A stretch of DNA of 64,000 nt, taken from assembly GCF_006345805.1 (NCBI RefSeq), contig NC_043004.1:61132001-61196000 (forward strand), given 5' to 3'. Made by a program: the position numbers and the translations under genes. The number at the start of each line of letters is the position of its first letter. Positions within the stretch are counted from its first letter, which is position 1. Of the stretch, positions 24,209 to 37,877 are shown piece after piece. The notes under the pieces were generated by a model that saw only the letters and a program-made list of their open reading frames with translations, did not search any database and was not told the DNA's origin. This stretch comes from Octopus sinensis. Lineage: Eukaryota.

Positions 24209-26993
24209 ATATATATATATAAATAAATGTATATATATATATATGTTTGTGTGTGTGTGCATGCGTGTGTGTGAGTGTGTATGCATGTGTAAACGTTTAT
24301 ATCTGTGTATATACTCAGAGATTGATAGTTTCTTAGACAGGTATGTGTGAAAGAGAAGACGAAATAAAAGGAAACAAGGTTAGAATAAAAGAAAGGGAGG
24401 GGATAAGAGATTAGTATGGGAACATACAAACATTTCCATACACCTATGTATGTGTATATGTGTGTTCGGATGCGTGTATGTGTGTGTGCATGTGTGCGCG
24501 TGTATGTGCGAGAGAGAGAGAGAAAAAGCGAGAGGGTGAGAAAGTGGGGGAGAGAGTGAGATTGAGAAACAGACAGGCAAAAGTGAGGGAATAAGAGAAA
24601 CAAAGTTATTCGGTCGAGGAATAATAAAATTTTTGAACATTTATGTAATACAGTAATTCACTAAACTCTGGAATGACAACGGACATTTGTTACTCACAGA
24701 TAAAAGTGCAGAGATTAATTTCTACATATTACACACTTGAACTCGCTAAAAGTTTCTAATGGTAATAATAATGTTGTTTACAATTTATGGTTAATTCTAA
24801 CAACTACAATAAACAGCAAGGCATCAACAGAAAGGAAAAGCGAAATTAAGTATTTCTATTAATTCCTTTTTTTTTTACTAAAAGGAAATACTAAAGAATG
24901 GAGGTGGAAACTATGGCAACCACAAGGTAAAGTGTGAAAATAGTTTTATTTCATGAAAATATATCTTCTGTTATTGTTTAATCTCAGATACACTCTAATG
25001 AATGACCTCCCATCCGTTACCATCGTGTAACATTCCAAATCGCGGGGTACGTGGAATTTAGTGCATTCTTAAGGCGTGGGTACACAGATCAGTGGCCCGC
25101 TGGCCTTATGGGTCTAGGCTTCAAAATCTGATCTATTTATGTTTTTGGTTGCAGTTAGAACAAAACTAAAGGTACCTGTGCAATGATTAAACCGGAGGTC
25201 TGTAATACTAGTAAGAAAGTCCTGATTTGACTCCATTATACGGAATGTTTCGTTTATTTTTTCAAGATATCAAGATATAAGGGAAGAATTGGTAGCTATT
25301 TCCAACAGGTCAAGTGACTACAGAGATATTCCCTCACTTGTTCAATATTTTTATTATGTATTATATTATATTTTATATTCATTAGATTTTGAGATTCGAA
25401 TGTGATCTTACTACAGTAGCATATTTTAAGGATATAGCTATTTGCATGGATTCTATCACCCCAAATTTAATAATTCATTCGAACTAGGAAGACTAAACGA
25501 CGAAGTGAACTTGAGCGGGAGTTGAACTCAGTTCGTAAACTTAACAAAATAATGGTTTCAAATTTTGGCACAAAGGCGGCAATTTTATGGAAATGAATAA
25601 ATCATTTAAATCGGTTTCAGTACTCGGCTAGTATTTATTTTATCGACTCCGAAATGATGGTGGCTACAGTCGAAATTTGAGCTCAACGTATAGAACTGGC
25701 AGAAATGCTGCTAAGCATTTTCTCTGACGCGATAATGATTTTGTTACTTTGTCGCCTTATTGGATATTGTTTGGTAATATTAATTTCTAACAGTAGCATA
25801 GCGCCTAATTGTTTTTAGATCACCCAAAATATTTATTCATCATGAATCGCTGCTTGACCAGTAGGTGCTCTCTTATATAGCAAAAATATTTCCGTGTATA
25901 AGTTACAGTAGAATCACTTTTCCGCAGAAATTGTATTTTGAAGGCCTCCATCTGCCGGAAACACCCGGCAAGGGGTGGGTTGCGATTGGCCTTCTGATCG
26001 ACACAAAGAAATCATATTTCCTTGTTTTTTTTTACAGTTCTGATATTATCTGTCGGTCAAATGTCCTGATAAAAAAATATATTGTGATATTAAAAGAAAA
26101 CCTAAAAAAGAATCTCCAGAGTATTTTGATTTTTTAAATCTCCTTATTGAATGTTTAAAAAAAGTAATGTCGTTTAAGTCGTTGTCAATACTTAGCTAGT
26201 ATTTATTTTAGTGAAACCAATAGGACCAAAAAGATCATTAATCTATGTGTGATTGAACCTGGAACGCAAAAGTAATGCACTAAACGCGACAAGGAATTTT
26301 GTTCGTTTTCTCTATCGATTCTACCAACCTTCTGTCCATTTATTTGCTAAAATAAATACTTGTGTGCAAATATATTTGATTAATGAAGAGCGAAATGAAA
26401 ATAAAACTTAATCAAAGCAAAACCAATAATGATGGGCAATTGATGGGCAGTGCTTATTGCATAAACTCTTTCATTTTTATAGTATAGAATACTATAAAAA
26501 TAAATAAACAAAAGTCAATACAACAATACGCATGTGTGTAATTCCTTACGCTGTCGCTTCAACAATATAATAATTTCAATTTAAATATGTGTAATGTCAG
26601 ATCTAAGATGTAACTGATATTTCACTTTGGCGTTAACTTCGGACTTCACATTCGATACTAACATCATTTCTTATACCAGCTGCTACAAAAGTACTTGAGT
26701 TATAGCTGTGTTATATAATTCCAGTACATGGTTTCTGATATACTCTTGTAAATATCTCGCATTTATCATTCATAATTTGTTTTGATTTTGTTATATCGAC
26801 CGCTTTGAAAATCAACACACCTCAGTATTTTCCCTGATCAATATATAATAACACAGATGCTTGTAGAATTACCAAATTTACAATCTCGAAACACCTTGTA
26901 AGCTACTCTTGTTGTTTGGCTCCTGGTCATTCTTGACTGAACATACCTGTATTCAAATTATTGCCGCCGTGAATAATCTATATTTCTTTTCAG

Positions 26994-27279
26994 GTTTAGT
27001 GTGTCTAAGCATACCTTATCCAACATATCCTCCTTTATCAATATTGTTTCGAAAGAAGTCAGATATAGCTGAAGCAACACCACCAAAGGTATTGCAGTTC
27101 TGAGATATTGTATTTATCAAGCCATAATATATCTAATACCACAATATACAATGCATATCTATTCGTTGTTGCCGATTTTAAGCTTCAGGTTATTCTATCA
27201 AAAACTGACTTACGATTAAGCTATGACCAAGTTTACCCTGGCCTTATGTCTCGTTGTTTTTTAAATGTTTTAGCACGAT
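26994..27279 (+). CDS. Weak candidate exon pair 26994-27088 and 27189-27279 (GLVCLSIPYPTYPPLSILFRKKSDIAEATPPK / VILSKTDLRLSYDQVYPGLMSRCFLNVLAR)
   Basis: TTTCTTTTCAG acceptor, AAG|GTATTG donor, 100-nt intron and matching phase 0. A minus-strand splice reading is also possible and no homology is recognised. Confidence 0.25.
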
Positions 27280-27911
27280 GTATGTTCCATTTTTGTTTGC
27301 ATGAAGTGGGTGATATATAAACAACCATATCTACTTGGTTGAAGGACTACGTAGAGGCTTCACCTTTCACCAGACTGGTCCTTCGATTTGGGATGACAAC
27401 TTGTAGTATGAAGACGTGTGGTCTTTTTAGGAAACTAGAAAGGTCACGTAGTGACTTTTCTTTTGCACTGTATTTCATTATTTTTTAAATAATGTTAGGG
27501 TGATACTTGAATGAAATTTCACTAATACTTTTCACAGTCCAAGGACCACGTTGTGGTGAATCCTGTCTTTAATTCCCGCCTCATATTTTCAGCATCTGTA
27601 ACTATCCCTGTGTATATTCGGCAAATGTTTAACTAAGATAATCATGTTTAAATCATTTTCAGAATAATTACACTTGAAGATTTCCTATGCGGTCATTGTA
27701 TTCTGCTGGCCATATTTCCCTAATTCAAATTCAACGTTTGATTTATGCCTTCAGTAATTCATAATATCTCCACTAAGATATTTACGGGTAGCAGAAAATA
27801 AATAAATAAATCCATAAAAATTCAAACAAGTATGCGCTATTTGTATGTGTTTCTTTATTACCCACAAGGGTCTAATGCGCTATTTGTATCATGACTACAA
27901 AAAAGTTTAAG

Positions 27912-29883
27912 TTGAGAGTTTAAGTGCGGCTAAACTCCCAATTCTACACTTTTGTTCTTGTACGTTTCGTCTTTAATGATATACAGGATTATTTATTGGT
28001 GTCCTTTTTGTTGTCTGGCGGCGTATGACATTCGTTGGAGCAAACCTGCGACAAGAGAACCCTACTCCTGAGCACTTCACCTTTTTCCTATATGAGAAAC
28101 TTACACCTTTTAACGCGCCCTGCTAGTTTGAAGATTTAAAGAGATTTGAGGTATATTTAGTCATTATTTTAGCAAGTGGAATAATGCCAATTGCATATGC
28201 ATTGTTAGTTGTGCTATTATTGCTAAGACTTGGTTAAGTTATAATTGTGATTTATTTTAAAATTCATTTAACCTGTAACCACACCATTTAAAATTTTAAC
28301 TATAAGAAGAGGTACTATGATATTATATGCCCTTCCATTTTCTAAAATTATATGTTCCCATTCCTATATTCTGTTTAAGAGATTGACATTTCTAAAATAT
28401 GTGCACTCGACCGAGAACTCTCTCAAGTGAAATCGCCGCTTCGATGCGCGTGGATAACACACGGACACACACACTCGTGGTCTTCGTCGTAACTCAGACT
28501 TACTCCCCGGCAAATATGTGCCATTGTTACTTTTATATTCTCCTTTCTAAAACAATAAGGAATAATTTTTGATTCGCTCTAGATAAATTATTATGGGGCC
28601 TAAACATCCTATCATTTTAGGGTTACAATAATTAATATATCCTTCTCTGTTTTAAAATGGGCGGATGTGATTTGATTGCTATGTCTGGCAGCAATATCAT
28701 ATCTCTGATAACATTATCTACTTCTCAAAATTTTGCAATATCACCAGCTTTATGACTCCAGAAATCCCGGAAACACATTGATAATCTTGCGTCTAAAAGA
28801 GAAAATTCGATGTCAGCTTTTAAAACCTGGTTTTGGTTTATATTCAGATTCATGTTTAAGTGACGATGTATTTAAATGCATTAATGTAAAATTTTGTTAT
28901 GTCTCTTACGTCAAAAATGTTCAGAATTATCCGATAAGTAGACATAGACAAAAGAAATAAAAACAGTTGCAGAATGAAATTTATATCGATTTGATCCACT
29001 AAGAATAACCTTTGCAGGTAGTTCCCCAACATGGTCACAATTTTATAACTAGAACCACTTGCAACGATATTGCTGATAATTACTCCAATTTTAATGATAT
29101 TGGTTCATTAAGAAGTTTTAGGTTAATTAGGAAAAAAGCAATGATTAATTACTTTTGAACATTGTCTCTACAAGGTTCTGATTGGAGTGTTCAGATTGTG
29201 ACTTTGATAGTTTTGTTTTAGTCTCTAGACAAAGAGATAATTTCCACTGATAAGTTATAACAGCACACCTTTACTTTTTTTACTTCGAGTAATTTGACTA
29301 CTCTCATTGAACATGGATCTTATCACCATCAATACCTTTATCAGCACTACAGCCATATCATAGTCATCTTCGAGATTACCACGTTAGATGATCTGCTCGC
29401 TAGAAGCAGCAATTGAATCATTTCAATCGCATCCTACGGTCTTAAAAAATGGAAGGGTGTATAATATTATGGTGCCGATGCTTATAGCTAAAATTTAAAG
29501 AGGAATAGTAAGAGGTTAAACGAATTTTATAATAAATCTTAATTTTAAATAAACCAAGATTTAGCAATAATAGCACAACCAACAATGCATTTGCAATTGA
29601 CCTCTACGGCGTTATTCCACTTGCTAAAATAATTACTAAATTTACCTCAAATCTCTTTAAATCTTCAAACTGAAAGGGCGCGTTGAAATATGTAAGTTTC
29701 TCACATAAGAAAAATGCGAAGAGCTCAGGATTAGAGTGCCCTTGTCACAGATTTGCCCCAACGAATTTCATCTGCCGCCAGACAAAAAAAGGACACTAAA
29801 AAATAATTCTGCGTATCATCAAAGACAAAACATGCAAGATCAAATGAGTAAAATTGGGAGTTTAGCCGCACTTTAACTCTCAA
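27912..29883. mobile_element. ~2-kb element bounded by ~330-bp diverged inverted repeats (27912-28236 / 29552-29883)
   Basis: The arms align along their length as reverse complements, from GTTGAGAGTT.AAGTGCGGCTAAACTCCCAATT to GCTATTATTGCTAA.TCTTGGTT. The interior has no intact ORF and no clear TSD was found. Confidence 0.7.
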
Positions 29884-30589
29884 CGACCAGTTCAATAGGT
29901 CAGGGTACTTTCACCATGTGATATAATACTTATTCAGTTTTCTATCGTAAGCTACCGTTTGGAGGAAATTTGGCTGTTATTTTACTCGGTTCACCAATCA
30001 AAGAATTTTCCTTATTTGCTTCTAATAGACTCAAAAGTCGTTCTTAATTTTAACTCTACTTCGGAAAATATCTAAATTCTAGAGTGTCTCACGTCTTATG
30101 AGAATAAATGCAGGGAATATACTTTTGCTTCTGTGGCGAATATCAAAGATATTATGTTGATTCATCATAGTAATAGAATTCATCTCAAAGCTCAAGGTGA
30201 AAAAATACTGCAGAAAATAGAACAAATCATAAGGGTAAAATACAGAATTGTTTATTTAATCAAAACTAAATGGAATAAAACAAAGAGTCATTTCTATATC
30301 CGCAACATATATGTTAGCAACAACTGTAATGGTGTTTACATATCAATTGATTATAGAAGTAAAAATAGAACGAAAATATTTCTTAACAATAATTGTTATA
30401 TGACAAGCAGTATTCAAATTAGTTACAAAAACTAAGAGAACAATTAGCATTCAATCATTGTGTCCAGCCAGAGTAAGAGAGAGAGAGAGAGAGAGGTGGG
30501 AGGCAGAGAGAGATTCAGAAATTGTGACGTCTTGCAAGTAATATTAATAAATAAATTTATCGAACCTAAAATGGAATTTTTTCCTGTAG

Positions 30590-30794
30590 GAAACTCCACC
30601 TAAAACAATGCAGCAATATTTCGTAAATGTTCATAATAACGTTGATAGGAAATTGCATAGTAAATCAGATTTTGACTTCTGGCAAGGCTGTTTTACTTTC
30701 TCCACAAATGATGGTTCTGAGAATGGGATCAATTCTGTGTATCAAACTTCACCATTCAAAGAGAGCAAACACTTGCTTATACATCATAATTCAG
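30590..30794 (+). CDS. Weak candidate exon (ETPPKTMQQYFVNVHNNVDRKLHSKSDFDFWQGCFTFSTNDG...)
   Basis: TTTTTTCCTGTAG acceptor and an open frame in non-repetitive sequence; the donor (TCAG|GTTCTT) is weak. Confidence 0.2.
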
Positions 30795-31449
30795 GTTCTT
30801 TTCAATCACAACACTAGTTATGTAACGTTAGGTATCATATAACACACATTGCAGAAAGAGATATGACAGCTTCATTGCAGCCGTTTCTGGCATGAGATGC
30901 ACCGGGCACATAGTGGAATGTCTGAATAACAGCTTAAAGCGTCATCGGAGCTTCGAATAGCAAGTGCAATTTATTTGGGAAGTAATTACATTTGTGCATA
31001 TATAAAGAACGGCATCAACAATGAGAAAAGTCAATACAGATGGATAAAAAAAGTATATGTCTAGAAAGTAGTTCGATGTATTTGTGGAAATATATATTTT
31101 TATACGCCCGCACGAACACAAGGCAAGCCACCCGCAGACACGTAAAAAAAAAACCACGCGTACTGAGACAGAAGAGCACATGCGTGTGTGTACCCAGACA
31201 CCCACACATATACACGCATAGACAAATAGATACACACACGTATACACATATATCGTCACACGTATACTCATATATACATATACGCATTTGCCTAATTCAT
31301 CAACTTTAAAGGAAACTAAAAAGTATGTAAAATAAAAATATTAAAATTCCGTCGAGATCGACTTTTACTTTTATATCTTTAGGGTCGATAAATTAAGTAC
31401 CGGTTACGTATTGGGGGCGGTCTAGTCGACTGCCCTCTCCAATCACTTA

Positions 31450-31740
31450 AAATATTTTATTCGAGGATTTGATTATAGAGTCTCCTAGCTACAACATCAT
31501 GCCTCATCAGTAGATAATACAGTGATGACATTTTCGGACAACTGCTTATGACGGAGGTGATATCTTCAGAGTGAAATCCACAAATTTTGCATAGGTTGTC
31601 ACATTTTACGGCCTTCTCCGCATCTGTATCCCTTTTGTCCATCAGGTACTAGGTTGAGAATTCCTGTTCCTGGATTGCAAACGTATACCCTTCAAAGTGT
31701 GAGGTAGTAATCCGGCTAGCCGTTTACAATAAACTGCTTT
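31450..31740 (-). mobile_element. Old R4-type LINE fragment (CCHC region)
   Basis: AIQEQE upstream of CKICGFHSEDITSVISSCPKMSSLYYLLMRHD, a decayed CCHC plus RHD motif. Confidence 0.65.
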
Positions 31741-32297
31741 GATGATCGATGTTACTATCATCACGGATCTTTCTACTAACTTATGTATGCATGTATGTAT
31801 GCATGCATGCCCTGCATGTATGTATGCTTGTATTTATGTGTGTATGTTTATTTACGATGAACAGCAGAAAAGAGTCCACATGTCATCAATTGTTGGCAAC
31901 TTACCCCCCCACTCTCCTAAAAGCTACATATTCGTCGCATTCACCTTTGTTTCATTTCATGTACGTTTTAAAAGTTACTTATGTGTATGTGAATGTGTGC
32001 GTGCGTGCGTGTGTTTGTTTGTGTGTATGTGTGTGTGTGTGTTTAAGAAAGTATTATGCAGCGTCGCTGCATATGTCTCCGAAGTGGTTTTCATGTGTTA
32101 TTCACCCATTTTTGATCTCGCATATTTGAAATCTCAACTCTTTTCTACCGAATCAAAATGTAGCTTAGGTGATGACCAATCTAAATCTATAAACATCATC
32201 AAATTTGGTAAAACACTGAATTAGTAAATGTTGATCTTAAGAATATTATTCACACACTAACCTGTGTGAATGTTATTTATTACAATATATAATTATT

Positions 32298-32487
32298 CTT
32301 TTCTACTCTAGGCACAAGGCCCGAAATTAGATCGACCCCAGTACGCAATTGGTACTTATTTTATCGACCGTGAAAGGACGAAATGCAAAGTCGACCTCGA
32401 CGGAATTTGAACTCAGAACGTAAAGACAGACGAAATACTGCTAAACATTTCGCCCGGCATGCTAATGTTTCTGCCAGCTCACCGCCT
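32298..32487 (-). mobile_element. SINE family B with 17-bp TSD
   Basis: The direct repeat TACAATATATAATTATT occurs at 32281-32297 and 32488-32504. Confidence 0.9.
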
Positions 32488-34056
32488 TACAATATATAAT
32501 TATTACAAATATAGTGTATTCTATGGATATGAGGTAGATATTTGCAAGATAACTTAAATACTGAATTGAATCAAACATTTGGCAACATTGATTTCCAATT
32601 TTGGGAGAAGGGCATCAATCCAAATGGGAAGTAAGTTGATTAAATCGACCTCAGTGCTAAGCTGATACGCATGTTATCGAGTACTGAAAAGACGACCTTG
32701 GCTTGGCGAAAATATATACAAAAAAACAAAATGTTTAGATTTTGAATTTGCTTTTAGGTATTCGGCACATTTGACCCCAGTATATTTTTATTTAAATTTT
32801 TTAACATATAATTACCATCATGGGTTTTCTGTAGTCGAGATCTATCAGAAAAGTTAAATTTAAATATAGTTTTCTTTCGAAAGAATAATATTTAGAGTCA
32901 AAATCGATTTCAGGCACTAATCTCCTTATTTTTTCGCTGGTTTTTACCTCAGTACTTCTTCCTTACTAAATATATTTGCTTAAAACTTACATGGATAGAT
33001 TCTTGTCGTCGAGTACTATAATATAAGGTAAAATAAAATATAGATTTATTTAGGAAAAAAATGGACTCAAAGTTGATTTTAGACGTTATTCTCCCGTTTG
33101 TAAACTCACATATTTGACTCAAACTTTTTTCTGCTGATCCAATCCTCAAATCTAGCTTTTGATGTGACTTATATAAAAATGTAAGCGTCATCTACTTTGG
33201 AAGAGGTCAAGCGTGAGTACATGCTGACCTAAAGAATACTATTTCACACACTCCCGTGTATAAATGATATCTTTTGATGGGATTAGCGCCACGGCACTCA
33301 TTTTGAAGGGTTCTATCATATGAGATAAAAAAAAGAGAATATGAGGGCTTTGTACTTGATTTTAGGCGTTAACACATTTTTCTGCGCATTTGGCTCCACT
33401 AGTGTTTCATTAAATTTTTTTTTTAATTAATTGGCATCATCGGATTTCTTTAGTAGAATTTCTTTAGTTAAATATAAACATGGTTTTCTTTTGAAATAAG
33501 AATAATATTTGGAGTAACATTCGATTTCAAGCGTTGATCTCCTTTTTATTTTTTCGACGGTTTTTATCTTTACTTTTTCCTACTGAATATTTTTGCAAAT
33601 AAGTAATATCAATATATTCCTCTCTCCGAGATTTATCATATAAGCTAAAACGAAACATAGATTTCTTTTTAAAAATAATATTTCGACTCAAAGTCGATTT
33701 CAGGCGTTTCCCCCCCGTTTTTGACATCAAATATTTTACTGGAACTTTTTCTTTTACCGAAGCAATTTTCAGATCTTGTACCTGAAAATGTAACTTGAGA
33801 CCTGTATATATACATACATATATATACAAATGCACACACATACACAGACACACACACACACACACATACAGATACATTAGAAATGTGTGTGTGTACAGTT
33901 TTTGAATTGATGTACAGATATTTTAGCGTTTTCTTCCGTTATCGGATTTATCAAATATTATTTTTATTTTTTGATACATCCGATAACGGAAGAAAGCGCT
34001 GAAAATGTAAATAAAAAAAAAATATGCATAATCATCCAACATTTTGACTACCTTGT

Positions 34057-34138
<82 letters not shown>

Positions 34139-35752
34139 TTATAAATTATATACGTGTACATATCTATATACGTGTTTATAAAAGTATATCTCATAACTTA
34201 CTGAGAGAAGAGGGAAAGATAAAACGAGTCATCAAGGCTTTCTTAACATCAACATTTCTGCTAGTTGGAGAAGATGTAACCACCGAGTGTGTGTACGTGT
34301 GTCAAGGCAAATATAGATTTATACATACAGAAATACACATGTATGCATATATCTATATCTGTCTATCTCTCTCCCTCTTTCTCTCTCTCTTGCAATATAT
34401 ATATATATGTAATTGCATATGTACACATATTTCTTCTATTTCTGTCAACTGAATCCGATCACAAGACTTTGGTTGGTCCACTGCTTTAGCACAGGACAAT
34501 TGGTCAAAAAGCCGTTTAAAAACATTGAGATGAGGACCACAAGGGGATGAAACGAACTTCTGTACCACATAGCCATGTATGCACTAATTGTTTTTGAGCA
34601 GCATACGAGCATACGGAAATAGCACTTATATCACTTATATCATTCCGACATTTCAATTTCATTGGATGCCCAAAATACCATGGTGTGAAATCGAGCCTGA
34701 AATTTCTTTATTTGAAATCGAACACATTAACCCCTGAGCCATTTCTTTCCGTTTTTCTCTTAGTGTTGATGCATATACATGTGAGTCTGTGTGTGTGTGT
34801 GTACATATATGTATATATATATGCCTACACACACGCGCGCGTATACTCACCCACACTCTCTCTCTCTCACACAAACACAAATATATATATTCACACACAC
34901 ATACATATATAACCAGATATTCAATGCAGTATTCCAAACCCAAGCCAGTACGTTAGAGTGGTTCACATATTCTGGCTACGTCTGCGATTCAGTTCTCCAG
35001 AGTTGTCAAATCTGCAATCACGGTTGGCGACTTTCTATCAGATGTTTCTATAGCTTAAAGAGATGTCCCAACCACCATCATCTGTTTGGTTTAATTAATT
35101 TCTCACCGTGGTGTCAAATTCTATTACCGCCCTTCGCCTCTTAGTACGATCGTATGATATAAATCTAATTTCGTTGGAGACGATTCAATTTCATTCTTCT
35201 TCGTTCTTTCGGTTTCTGATTGTGCAAATGAATTATTACCTGCTGTAAAAGCTGTAGGTTTCCTAGTGACGAAATCTCAGACGACAGCTCTAATATTTCA
35301 ATAACGAGCTGGTGTTGTAATTAGACGTAAAATATAAGCATCGAAGGAAACTAGCAAAAAATAGCAGTGTGTGTTCCAATAGGTTTACATAGCTGCACGA
35401 AAAAGACAATAAATCCTGGGATTTTATGTCTGGCCACCTTCCTGAGAAAGAAAGCGTATTTGTTTCTACTAGATTTGGGATAGTTCTCAGAATAGGTATG
35501 ATGGGTTAAGCGTGAAAGAGCGAGGAAAATATGTAAATATGTTTAAGAAAATATGTGATAATATATATTACTGACAGACGTGAGAAATATAATTTTTTCT
35601 AGTTTACAGATGGTGGGTCAACGGTAAAAGTGTTAAACTATTTGTGTATCGGGATTGGGTAGTGAGTTAAAGGAGCAGAGTAGATTGAAAGGGGTGGAGA
35701 CAGAAAGGGGAAATGCTCATAATAGGTTATTGATCGAAGAGAAAGTATGCAA

Positions 35753-35916
35753 GCGCAGGAGTGGCTGTGTGGTAAGTAGCTTGCTAACCCACCACATGGT
35801 TCCGGGTTCAGTCCCACTGCGTGGCATCTTGGGCAAGTGTCTTCTGCTATAGCCCCGGGCTGACCAATGCCTTGTGAGTGGATTTGGTAGACGGAAACTG
35901 AAAGAAGCCTGTCGTA

Positions 35917-35986
<70 letters not shown>

Positions 35987-36203
35987 GGTTTGTGTGTCTG
36001 TGTTTGTCCCCCTAGCATTGGTTCACAACCGATGCTGGTGTGTTTACGTCTCCGTCACTTAGCGGTTCGGCAAAAGAGACCGATAGAATAAGTACTGGGC
36101 TTACAAAGAATAAGTCCCGGTGTCGATTTGCTCGACTAAAGGCGATGCTGCTCCAGTATGGCCGCAGTTAAATGACTGAAACAAGTAAAAAAGTAAAAGA
36201 GAG
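35753..36203 (+). mobile_element. SINE family A, full length
   Basis: Colinear with other copies. Confidence 0.9.
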
Positions 36204-36588
36204 TGTGAGGAAAAACGTTTTAAGTGAAACACTGTTTTCGAAGTCTTTTAAGTCCCTCGTTTTAGTCATTATACGTCACCATTTGATAGTTATTCTGGAT
36301 CCTAGTTGAGTATCATAAGAGAGTGTCATAACATTCCACTTACTCCTTCCTCTTAACATGCGTTTACCTCCAATATAACAACAAAAGAAATTATTTATAT
36401 GTTTATCAAAATATGTTGATTGGAAACGAAACTCCACGACCATAAACAACAGATGCTAGAACTCATATCAGGGATGATTATTTTAACATATTGTATTTCA
36501 AATTATTTTCCGTTTATTTCAACATGACTCAACGTTCTGTTTTTAAACGATTGAAACCGAACCGGTAGCATATTTTGATAAGACGTAA

Positions 36589-36759
<171 letters not shown>

Positions 36760-36799
36760 TAGGAATGAGATAAAAAAAAACAAGGCTGTGTAAATTTTA

Positions 36800-37200
36800 T
36801 AATATGTTTCTAGGATATTTTACATATGTTTCTAGGATATTTATTATATCCCTTCATCAGAGACGGTATGAGAAGATGGTTAAGCAGTAGTTAATTTAGA
36901 TAAGATACGAAATAGAGAGTGAGGTGGAGGAATGAAAATAGATGTGAGATATGCAGGGATATTGTATATGTAGATTCAATTTTTAGGCAGAATGGTATAT
37001 ATATAAGATTCCGGTACCTTATGAGTAAAGTCCAATAGTATTTAAAATTGGTCATTCCAAGTATAGAGATTATACACTGTGTTATTAAATCAAGGATTTT
37101 ATTGAAAGTGACTTAAAAGTAGGGAATGTATTAAGATCAAACCGAAAATAGGAAGAGAGGAACAAAGATAAAAAAGAGAAAAAGAGAAAAAGAGAAAAGA
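36800..37200 (-). mobile_element. Penelope-associated repeat carrying a hammerhead core; second copy at about 54400-54800
   Basis: The two segments are colinear over ~330 bp. The minus strand has CTGATGA, stem II, GAAA, palindromic ACATATGT and a GTA site (36821-36866). Confidence 0.65.
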
Positions 37201-37453
37201 AAGAGAAGAAAATAAGAAGAAACATAATAAAATAATAGCAAAAATAAAAATAAAAAAGAAGAAAAACAAGAAGGGAATAAAGAAAAGAAAGACAAAAGAA
37301 AAAGGAAAACCAAGGAAGAGATAGTAAGGGAAAGTGTACTAGTTAGGGGTCAGTCGAAATGATTTGAAGGTAGGAATGGGGAGATAAGGGTTATATAGAG
37401 AGAGAGAGGTATAAAAAATAAAGGAGTGTCAATTGTGCAGAGATAGTCTAAGT

Positions 37454-37672
37454 CAGTGGTTATCAACCAGGGTTCCGTAGAACCTTAGGGTTCCGCCAGT
37501 ACAGTCCAGGGGTTCCGCAAGAAGTTACAAAACTGCTAAACTCGGCAGTAATTTTTAATTCTTCTGTGCATATATGTGTGCATAAGACTATTAAATTATT
37601 GCACAGGGGTTCCTTGAGCCAGTGGAATGTTTCCTTGGGGTTCCGCTTCAGCAAAAAGTTTGAAAAGCACTG
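37454..37672. mobile_element. hAT-superfamily MITE (219 bp)
   Basis: Perfect 8-bp TSD GTCTAAGT at 37446-37453 and 37673-37680, with imperfect TIRs CAGTGGTTATCAAC / CAGTGCTTTTCAAA. Confidence 0.9.
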
Positions 37673-37828
37673 GTCTAAGTGATGCGGCAGAGACAGAGGA
37701 AGCAGTATGGAATGAAGAATTTATGAATTTGGGTGGTTGGACAGGTCAGGGCTTAGTACTAGAAGAAAATATATATGTGAAGATGTATGCATATGTATAT
37801 ATTAGACATGTATATATATATATACATG

Positions 37829-37877
<49 letters not shown>

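Noticed and set aside
35238-35290. Minus-strand micro-exon resembling an LRR (ELSSEISSLGNLQLLQQ)
   Set aside because: It is too short, the acceptor is poor, and no neighbouring LRR exons were found.
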